From positions 3,763-67,762 of IMG/VR virus record IMGVR_UViG_3300029922_000054: a stretch of 64,000 nt of DNA; one strand, written 5' to 3'. The DNA is from a virus. Of the stretch, positions 26,771 to 37,100 are shown piece after piece; the stretch's first letter is position 1; every line of letters starts with the position of its first letter. Under the pieces are notes generated by a model. The model did no database searches. It had not been told where the DNA came from and was given only the letters and a program-made list of their open reading frames with translations. Position numbers and translations under genes: made by a program.

Positions 26771-27529
26771 TTACACCATCTCCGCATCGTTGTTGTGGTC
26801 CCAGAATGGCCCCATGTTCGAAGTCGAGTTCATGATGATCTTCGGCGTGCCGGCCGCCATCGCCTCATCGAACGCGATCATCGCCTCTGGCTGGAATGCG
26901 GATTCGTCCGAGAAGAATCCCCAGGGGTGATAGGCCCTGATCTTTCCCTCGCCCGACGGCAGCACGAACATGACGCTGGACCCTACGCGGAATTCGTTCA
27001 TCGGCTGCTTGTCGGTGGGCTTCGGAAGCGGGAACTCATCTTTGAGCCACTGGGGCTGTGAGTCGTAGAGCTGCTTGGCGTAGGTGATGACCTCTGACCC
27101 CTTCTCGTCAGTGATCGTCTGGACGGCAATCTCTCGCTCGTCCACCAACATGCACTGAAGGGTAAGGTAGGCGGTGATCGCCCAGGTGACCATCATGGTC
27201 CTGCTCTTCTCGAAAATCTTCACCCTGTTCGCATCATCCTCCAGGTACTCGAAGACGACAGGAAAGAACGGCCAGTCAGGGAACGGCTCCCAGGGCGTTG
27301 GCCGGTTCTGCTCTTTCCAGTGCTGGTTGAAGGTCTTGGTGTAGCCGGTGGCCCAGGTGAGGGTGTCGTTGGTGGCGGCGCGGACCTCGTCGGCCCGTTT
27401 ACGCTGCTCTGTATCCGTCAGCTTGTTCTCAGACCGGATGGCCCGGTCGAATGCTTCTTGCTGGAGTTCCAAGCGCATGGCGGCGCGCGCGGCAAGCAGG
27501 AGTTCTCGATCTTCGGCGGCTGTACTCAC
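26771..27529 (-). CDS. Terminase large subunit, N-terminal (ATPase) part
   Basis: Walker A variant EKSRTMMVTW, Walker B FFSDESAF, coupling motif STSN. Confidence 0.8.
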   Translation of the reverse strand: MSTAAEDRELLLAARAAMRLELQQEAFDRAIRSENKLTDTEQRKRADEVRAATNDTLTWATGYTKTFNQHWKEQNRPTPWEPFPDWPFFPVVFEYLEDDANRVKIFEKSRTMMVTWAITAYLTLQCMLVDEREIAVQTITDEKGSEVITYAKQLYDSQPQWLKDEFPLPKPTDKQPMNEFRVGSSVMFVLPSGEGKIRAYHPWGFFSDESAFQPEAMIAFDEAMAAGTPKIIMNSTSNMGPFWDHNNDAEMV

Positions 27530-27533
27530 ACGG

Positions 27534-28121
27534 TCAGTTTACAGGAGGGGTCCTGTTGCCTTCGATGAACTTGGCTTTGCTCAGCACCAGCTTCTGCAAT
27601 TCCTCTGGCGTCATGTTCTCTGTGGGGTCAGATTCCTTGCCGTAGCCAAACCGCGTGGCGAGGGTATTCAGGGCCTTCACTTGCCCGTCCACGGAGCCCT
27701 TGGTACGCTCGGGGTCCAGCATAGCCAGTTCCATAAGCCGCTGCTCAATCGTCGCCCGGCAGATGCCTACCTTCCGCATGACGCGGACCTTGACCTTGGC
27801 CAGTTCCGTAATCGTCCGATCTTGGAGCTTCTGCAGGTAGAGACGCACTGGCGCCGACTCCATGACCTCGTTCACTTCGGTCAGGCTCATGTTGAGCTGG
27901 ATCGCCGCTGTCTCTTTGTCCTTCTCAACGCAGATGATGGCGCAGGCTTGCTCGATCTCGGTAAGCGCCAGGCACTCAGTCTCGGCCTGCTCGGGACTCT
28001 TCTGGTCCTTCTTCCGGAGAGGCTTCAGCTTCTCAGGCTTGCGCTTCTCCGCAGGACGCGCAACTGGGTCAAATCCTACCGGACGGCGCGGCATGAGGGG
28101 TTTCTGGGGTTCGTCTGACAT
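27534..28121 (-). CDS. Putative terminase small subunit
   Basis: Immediately upstream of TerL; HTH-like N-part, VKALNTL helix, MTPEELQKL tail. Confidence 0.55.
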   Translation of the reverse strand: MSDEPQKPLMPRRPVGFDPVARPAEKRKPEKLKPLRKKDQKSPEQAETECLALTEIEQACAIICVEKDKETAAIQLNMSLTEVNEVMESAPVRLYLQKLQDRTITELAKVKVRVMRKVGICRATIEQRLMELAMLDPERTKGSVDGQVKALNTLATRFGYGKESDPTENMTPEELQKLVLSKAKFIEGNRTPPVN

Positions 28122-28125
28122 CTGG

Positions 28126-31100
28126 CTACTTCCTTCTGGCGGATTTGATGGCATTGATGCGCTTCTTGTCGAGGAACGGTTTCAGCTCTGTGCGCTCTGC
28201 CACTGTCGTCTTGGGGTCATCATAGACGGCCTTGGCGTCAGTATAGCTGAGGGTCTTGAAGATGCGCTCCAAGTAATCGAGGTTCTTGGCCCTCGCTGCG
28301 GCACGGATGCTGTGCCGAGTTGGTGTCTCCTGTGAATATGCGCGATCCGCTTGCTGCTCTGGAGTTAATGGTGTGTGAGGATGGGCCACGTCCCTCAGTT
28401 CGATTGCTTGGCTGAGAGCGTGGGAGCGGTCCAGGCTCTTCGGCGCGCCACCAATTAGGCCGGTGAACCGCTCAGCCTTGCTTGCGGGGTCCTGCGGGCC
28501 GTAGGTGCGCAGCCAGTTGTCCGCGGACATAGGCGTCAGATCGCCGACGGCGTTGTATTTCAGGCCCTGCCACATCTGCACGTAAAAGGGATCGTTCGGG
28601 TTGAAGATGTAGTCGCCCTGGTAGGTGCGGTTCATTGCCGTGTTCCAGGCATTCACCGCCACGTCAGAGACCTTGCCTTTGGCGTAGCGGCCGGGGTTCT
28701 CGTAACCGTGCTCGTAGTCTTTGAGTCCTGTCGGCCACGACATTCTGATAGGCTCACCGTGCGCGTCCAGGGGTCCAGTACGGGGGTGCATTGCCTCCAG
28801 AGCAGAGTTGGTCTCGACCGACATGCCGTTGTTCTCTGTGTCCTGTTGCGCCCACTCCCAAGGGAACTTGTCAGTCGCCAGTTTCTCGGTCACGCTGCCG
28901 AGGGTGCTGGTCAACAGAGCCATTGACAGTATCCAGCCAGCATTGACGCCGAGCTGCGGCAGGCGGGATGTAGCGCGCCGGGCCTGACTCAGCCAGTTGC
29001 CTTTCTTCGCCTGCGCGTCCATCTTCTCGAACATCTTGTCGTCGAACATTTTGGAACTCGCCTGCTCCTTCACGGCCTGAGCTGCGCCGCGCCATGAACC
29101 GATGGCCCAAGTTGCCGAGCGGAAGAAGAATTGCATTGCGCTCTTCAGGTCGTTGTTGAGATAGAGAGAATCCCAGTTCAGTTCACCAAAGCGGTTGTCG
29201 GTAGTCTGCGCAACCTCGCGCGCAATCTCCTCTTCTGTCCTCTCGCCAGAAGCGATTGCGTAGCTATACTGCGCAAGCTTGGTAGAAAGCAATTCAACGG
29301 CAAACGCCCACTTCGACCGCGGGATGTAATGGTTGAACAGCGGGGTCATCAGACCATGGCTGAGCCACGGGAGGAACTTGGCAATCCCCTTGCCGATCTC
29401 TCCATCCTTCCAAGCGTCGAGGCAGTGGTCGCCAAACGACCCTTGGAACTGGCCGGCAATGTTCCAACGCAGACCGCCGGTGAAGAGCAGTTCCATCAGG
29501 TGGGGGAAGTCTGGATACCGCTCGGCGAACTTCTTGCCTTCGGGAGATTCGAGGAACTCATCCGGGTTCCGAGCGTACTGAACGATCTGGCCGCCGCGCT
29601 TGATGGCCGTGTAGGGAGCAACCATCGTTTTGGCTATGTCCGCGAGTCCTGCGGAAACCTTGGTCGGATCCAGTCCGCGAATGCCTTGATTGACCACCTT
29701 GTCCATGCCGGTGTTCAGGACAGACGCCATATTCTCGACGGTGATGTAGGCCCAGTGGAATGCCGAGATCGCCAACTTCATCTCGGTGGAGAAGTTCTTG
29801 AGCTTCACGAATGCGCTCAGGACCTCACCGCCTTTGATGTGGTCGACGCTCAGGTAGTTGTTGAGCAGACGGGCTGCGTCCTTTTGAATGATCCAGCGTC
29901 CTGTCTGAACCGGGAAAGTGTCGCCATCGACCGATTGAACCATGCGCCATACGTTGCCGCTCTTGTCGTCGACGTAGGAGTAATCCTTCGGCAGCTTCTT
30001 GCTGCCCTTCAGGAACATCGCCAGCCCCTGGTCCTTGAAGTTGTACCAGGCGTACCGGGCCGCTACGAACTTGGCACCCTCCTGCAAGCGCCTGAGCAGC
30101 ATCTCAACAGGATTGCCCAAAGGAACTGCGCCATCGGCCACCGCTTCCTTGAGGGTGTACCGCTGCTGCTTCATGAATCCCTTGGAGCCTTCGAACGGCC
30201 GGCGGGACACTTGGCCAAGCCGGGCTATCTGCTGATCCTCTGTCAGCGCCTTCTCGCCTCCCGGCGCCACCTTGTAGCGGTTGGGGAAGTAGTTGGTCTT
30301 GTCGCTCAACTCCACTTCCTGGTTCTTGCGCTTGCCCAGGTTGATCGCTACCTGTTCGCGTAGCCTCTGCTGGCTTAGTACCTCTTGCATGAACTCCTGA
30401 GCGTTCTGCAGGTCCTGCGTGGGTTGTTCTTTGCCCGTCTGCCAACGGTCAACAAACTCGATGCGCTCTTCAGGGGATAGACTATCGAGCATCTGGCTGA
30501 TGCTGTGCAGGAACTGACCAGCCTCGAAGAGACGAAGTGCAGGCTCTCCCAGTGCTTTTCCCATGATGTCGAGCGCATCAGTATCAGCTACAGAGGCGGG
30601 GGCAAACGCCGCAGCAACCTCATGCCCCATAGCTTTAGCACTCGCCCCAGCCATCTTCACCGCGCTGGTAGCTTCTTTCCATGTGGCTACTGTTGCTTTC
30701 TTGGTGTAGTCCACGACGGGCTGCAAGAGCTTCGTGGCTAGCGGGTCCAGCGCTCCCATACCCAGGAAGGACATTGTGACCGAACCCTTTGCGCGCTTTG
30801 GCATCTTCGGCTTGTCGAGTTCAGTCTTGGCCTTCTCGTCATGCTCGCGCGCTTTATCAATGTGCTCAGGATTCGCGTAGAGCGAAATCTTGCCCATGAT
30901 GGCTTTGAGCGCATCCAGTTCCCGGCCATCTTTGATCGTGGCTTTCATCAAGCCGTTGCTCGAAGCGAATTCTCCGCCCTGCACTGTATCAAGCAACTTG
31001 GGATCAAGGAAGAACTTGCCGGCCGCAGACTTTGAGGTCTTGGTCTTGATCTCGTAGCCTTCTCTGCGATTGGACGGCCCCACCACGCCGATCTCTTGCC

Positions 31101-34100
31101 CGCTGCTCTGGAGATATGCGTCTCCTGTTTCGAGGAACGAGAGCGCTCCCTCTGGCGTCCGCATGGCGTAGGTTCCGTTCACGTCGGACTTGATGTCGAA
31201 CTTGGACGGCATCAGGATTCCGAGTTTCGTGGTCCCGTCTTCCATCGTGAAGCTGATGATCCTGCCTTTGGATCCAGTCTTCAGTTCGCCGTATGCGCCC
31301 AAGAGGTTGCCGGTGATGATCTTGGCCTTCTGCCGATCGCTGCCATAGTCCTTGAAGAGTTGCCGTACGTCTGCGTTACGTCCCAGGTTAGATGTGACCA
31401 ACGCATCCATCTGTGAGCCGGGCACCTTGGTCTGCCGCAGGCCACTGTTGACCGCAATGGTGAACTGGAGGGCCGACGGGGCATAGGGGTTGCCGGATGG
31501 CTTCTTGGCGCCCTCTATGTTGGTGATGATGCCGTTGTACTGCTCCCCGTTGAGTTCGATCCGGACTCCGGTGCTCACACGGTAATCATTCAGAAGCTGG
31601 CGGCCGCGGGTGCGCATCTGCTGCGCGCGCTCTATCGATCCCTCGTTTGTGAGTCCTGTGACGTACGGCTTGTAAAGCTCCTCGAAGTGTGCGGCTAGGT
31701 CACGTGCAGCCAGCGTGTCACGCTCTCTTGGGGGAAGCTGCATTGCAGCAGGACCGAAAGTATCGGCGATCTTCTCCATAACCTCTTCAGGAGTGAACGG
31801 CTTGCCTTGACGCTTGATTGAATACTCGCCGTATTGCGCGTCCTGTCCGAATGGCGAAGTGGGATCGATGCCCTGGTACATCCGCTCGATATGGTTCTCT
31901 CGCGCTGCAAAGTCATAGGTCCGGGGCTCCAGATCATTCTGGCCGGTCTCGTCGAGGAAGTCGATGTAGTTGGTGTATGCCTCCGAGATCGAGTCCATGA
32001 ACTCTTGCTGTTGAGCAACAGGAAGAAGAGCAGAGTGCCCGGTCGCCTTCATGGCCAGCCCCTCATTGCCTGTCGGTTCGCCTTTCTCGTTCGTGTCGGC
32101 CTTCAGGCCCAACAGCCGCGCCATCTCCGGGTTGTCGGACAGGTACTGCGCGACGATCTTGTCGCCGTACTTGTTCATCAGGTCGACGGCCTTGACCGAC
32201 GTCGCCGCGCGCGTGTTGCTCGAAACGTTGGCGTTCAGCGACTTCATCTTTTTGGCGAGGTTGATGGCCGGTCTCTGCTCGGCCGGGAGCGCCGCAGCCA
32301 GCATTGTGTATTTCGGCAGGACCATCTGTCCGGTCCTGTTGACGCGACCTAGGATCTGCATGACGATGTTCACGTCGCCGGCAGGCTGCCCGACGATCAT
32401 ATGCCGGGGGCGCTGGTCGCGGAACTTCTCGCCCGCGTGGAGCGAGATGCCGGTAGATCCTGCGCGGTTGATGATGAGCGCGTCCAGACCGCCGTTGTTG
32501 AACTGCGTGGCCGTGTTCACCCGGTCCTTGCGCTCGATGCCGGGCACTGTCGCCAGCTTGGGAACATCCCCGCTATAGTCGATGCGCCAGTTGCGCCCGG
32601 TGATCTCTGCGATCTTGTAGCCAGCCTTCTCCACTTTGGCGCGGATGTAGTCGATGGGTGAAACAGGAAGATCAACCTGGAGCGCGTCAATGAGCGCCTG
32701 AGTCTCGTCATAGGCTTCACGCACCTGTGGGCTCAGATCGTCCAGCGGAACCTCCACGCGGTTCTTGTTGCCCATCGGGTCAGTCTCGTTGTAGTAGCGC
32801 GTCCGCATCAGGGCCCGGTCGCTGATCCGCGAGTAGTCGAGTCCTGCGAGGGAATCGCCTTCGCTCAGGTTGTGGCCCTGGATGTAGCTGTCGAGGAAAG
32901 CGCCCATGGTATTTTCAAGGGCGAACACAGGCTTTTCTCCGCGCTCAATTGCGGCGATGATCTCGTTGGCTGCCGTATCGGCCTTGAGCGCAAGAAGGAG
33001 CTGTTTGACGAGGTTGTGGACGATGGACGAGAACTCCATGTGCTGCACAACGACGCCCTTGCTCTGTGCGCCCCCGCCTTTACGCTTGGCTTCCTTTTGA
33101 ATCCTGTCGAAGTCGAGGTTATGGAATAGAGCATCGGCCTTCACAATACCCCGCAGGACCTCAGTCACCTTGTCGGAGATGCGCGTGTGCTCGGCCTCGT
33201 TCTTCTCGTCCACGACGTTCTTTATGTCGATCCCGTCGAAGGAACGCTCCCGGCGCACGAACTGGCCAGTCTCGGCCAGCAGGCTTGTGAGGACGGCTTG
33301 GAGCGGTGCGCCGCCGGCGGTGATGGCGTCTGCAACCAGCGCCCGGTCGGGGATAGCTGTCGATATGTCCGTCATGCCAGCGTAGAGCGGGAGATTGTCG
33401 GGACGCTTCGCCCAGGTGGCAGAGAGGAAGACAACGCCTTTTGATCCTGTCAGCAACTCTGAGAGGAAGTTTCCCGTGTTCGAATCGCCGCCGGCATTAT
33501 GGCTCTCGTCGAGGATGAATATTGCATTCGGCGCAATCCGATGCAGGGTGAGCTGCTGCCGGTTGTCCGTGTTGATCTGCGAGTACGTGAGGAAAACCGC
33601 ATTACGTCCCTTTGGTAGTTCCCCGGTTTCTCGTATCCTCTCGAGCACAGGACGCATAGCGCCTGGATTCTGGAAGATCTTCGCTCCAGTCTTCGGGTCC
33701 GTGATCGAGGCATCGGCATTGAAGAGCAGCGGAGAAATGGTCTGGCCAGAGCCAATGTCCTGAAGGTCGGCATACATGGGGGAGAACAGCGGCGCGCTCT
33801 CGGTCACAAAGATGGGGATGTGGCCATGCAGTTCAGCCCAGCGGATCATGGCGGCTGCCACGCGCCCCTTGCCGACGCCAGTCTGGTCGCCGATCACCGT
33901 GCCCTTGCCGCGCTGCATCTGGTAGATTGCCGCGGCGATGGCGTCCGTCTGGATGCCCATGAACGCCTCGTGCATCGTCTCCACGTCCGGATATCCGAGT
34001 TGGTCGGTGACCCACTGATCAATGTCGCCTACCTCATCAGCAATCCTGTCCATGGCTGTCTGCATGGGATCAATCAGGGCCTTTGGCGCCATGACCGCTA

Positions 34101-37100
34101 CATCCTTCTTCGAGGAGTGCGGCCGGTAGCTGGTCTGGAACTGATTGGTTTCGTCCGCTAGAGCATTTGCAGAATGTCCATCAGGCTCGGCAGTTCCTCG
34201 TCTGACAGTTCGCGGGGCGGGTTGTCCTTCTGCCAGTCGATCTGACCGAGCAACATCGCCATCCGGTCTAACTGTGCTATCTGTGGAGCCCACTCTTGGA
34301 CTGGCGACCCGACCGCTATGTGCGATAGGTCCGGGCTGGGGCTCGGTCCCCCCATCGCTTCCAGTTCGCGCCGGGCTCGCTTCGGGTTCTCCTGAATCAG
34401 TCGGTCGATTGCGTCCTGTAGCAGTTCTGGATACTGCTCCGGTGTCGGCGCTTTCGTCCCGCATGGGACCGCCAGCGACATTGTCGGCCGGTCGTTGCCC
34501 TGCAAGATTGGTGCCCAGATGTTCAGCGGCTTTGTCATATACTTCTCCCCATGTTTTCAGGCGTTGGATGGCGGCGGCGTCCGGGCTAACTTTGGCGGAA
34601 CGAACACGGCCGTCGATTGCAATCATGCGAACAGGGTAGGATGCGCCCTGGCGCGAGTAGAGGTCGCCTTCCAATTCGAAGTCGGAGACGACGTTGTAGT
34701 GGGCGTAGAGCCAGTTGAAGAACGGGCGGACTTGGTTCGTGATCTCGCCCGGCTTCTCCCGGTCCCCGGCGGCGATGATGATGGCTGCCTTTCCAGCATC
34801 CTTCATCGCTCCCAGAGCCTTGGCAACTATCAGATGGTCCAGCTTGACTACGTTGTAGCCATCGACCTTGACGGGTCCTGCCAGCGGCCCGAATGGGGGA
34901 TTGGCGACTACCGCATCCTGGCGCTTGGTAGGACCCCACACGGTTGCATCTTGACGGGTGACGCTGAAACCTTCATATTCAAGCGTCTGAGCGCGCGCCG
35001 GGTTCAACTCATTCGCCAGCGTCAGTTCAGGATTGGCAGCGATCAGCAGTGCGCCATTGCCCGCTGTCGGCTCGTAGACGGTGGCCTGCTTGTCGATGCC
35101 CGCGAACCTGTCAGCGATGAATGCCAGCGGAAGCGGCGTCGAGTAGGCCTGATTGGCGATGCTGGTGCTGGTCCTGATGGAGAGATTGGGCTGCCCCTCG
35201 TAGAGCGAGACCAACTTATTGAAAGCCTGCTCATTCGTAAGGCCGTGGCCATATCCTTCAGTGCGAGCAACAATGTCGCGCCCGGCCCGGTTCAGCATGG
35301 CCTCATAGGCTTCCTGGCCTTCCTTCATTCGAAGTTGGTCAGGTTCCTGTCTGTCGTACAGTTCGACAAGGTTTTTCAGGTCGTTGTAGTTTTTTGGAGC
35401 ACGGCCGTTTTCGAAGCGATCTTGAAGATAATCAACCAGCGAGGTACCGTGAGTCTTCTTTGCGGGTTCCGCAGAACTCTCGATCGGCTTCACATCCTCG
35501 ATGTTCTTGTTGACCGTCGATCCGTTGTCGGTGACTCGAACCTTTTTCCCGTCTGTCCAGGCTACTTCTCCGGTGAGCTCCTTGCCCTTGTTGGTCCTAT
35601 AGGTTACCTTGTCGCCCTTGGCCAACGGGCGCGCTACTTCCCGTTTTGCTCCACTATTTGCGGAGAGCGGCCTGCGCGGTCCGGTTATTGATGATTCGAG
35701 TTCGATGGTAGATTTCGGCACGACTCCTTGATCTAGGGGATCGTTTGGATCGTAGCCGCGCAGTTCGTTGAATTTATCGGTTGGGATGTCCACATATTGA
35801 AGTTCTGCCCCAGAACGATAGTTCCGTGCATAATTTTCGTCCGTAGAGAACCACGCAGGACCGTCGTAGCGCCCATGCTGCGCGCTTCCGTGGTACAACC
35901 GCGTCGTCTCGTTGTTAGCCGGTTTCATCTCTTCGACTAACGGCTGGCTAACAGACTTTTCAACCGGCTTGAGTCCTGCCTTGAACTGCTCCTCGGTGAG
36001 TTCCGTCCCGAACGCCAGATTGAAGTCGAAGAAGGGTTTGTCGCTCGGATCGTGATTCGTGGCCGCAACCGCGAACGAGGAGAACGCGGCCCGCACCTTG
36101 TCAATCGGATCGTCCAGCTTCTTGAGGATGGCCTCAACGACAGGACCTTGATCGTGCGTATCCAGCCCACGGAAGATTTGCCCGTACCGCTCTGTGGCCG
36201 CGACGATCTGGTCTTGTAGGTTCCAGCCTTCACCGGCTGACTGGATACCCTTGATTGCGCCCATGGTGCCTAGAAGCTTCTGTTTCAGGAACTCGGGCGT
36301 TTGCTCTATCACTGCTGGTGGCAACAGTTCGGCGAGTAGGGCATCCCCTACTTTGGCTTTGGCGGAAGTGGTCAGTAGTCCTGTTTTTGGGTTCACGTTG
36401 TCTGCACTATTGGTGATAATACCATCGTTCACCAGAGCCTGAGCGATAAAGTTTCCGGTGTCCTTGTGCCGCAGAACGTCGTCCAGCGTGGCCGTGGGGT
36501 CTGTTGAGGCGTGGTCATCGACCAAGACGGTGAGTCCTGTTGCGGCCTCGGGCGGGAGAGTGATCGGCTCCGGCATAGTCCCAGCCTGAGAGAGCAACTT
36601 GAGCGGCCCGTCTTCCGGGTTGGAGTCTTTCGCTAGTTTCTTGAGGGCTTCTTTGACCCGGCGCGCATGGGGTTGGAGTCCTGCCGTCGTCCCGAACTGG
36701 TCCCGGTAGTATTGCAGGAATCGGTCTTGCGCTTTGTTGGGCGTCTTCTGGGTTAGAGTGTATGCAGCCAAGTCGGTTGGGTCTTCAAAGTCAACCTCAA
36801 AGTTCTTGTCGCGGTATCCGTAGCGAGGCTTCGACTTAGAGAGGTCGGATGGCAGGACGGCACCCTCGGGCTTCTCTACGAGTTCAACGTCGCGGGGAGG
36901 GCCAACCGCTTCCGCTCCGGCTGCTCCCTGTTCCTGCCGAGCCTCCAGCATCTCCCCATCCCCGGCGCCACGGTGGGTCAGTTCCCTCAACTTCTCGGTC
37001 GCGGCCTGTTCACGCGGAGTCGCCGCTGGCACCTGAGAGACTTCCTCCGTCTCAACGTCTTCGGACTTCAGCTCGACCGGCTTCTGCTCGGGAGCTTCGC

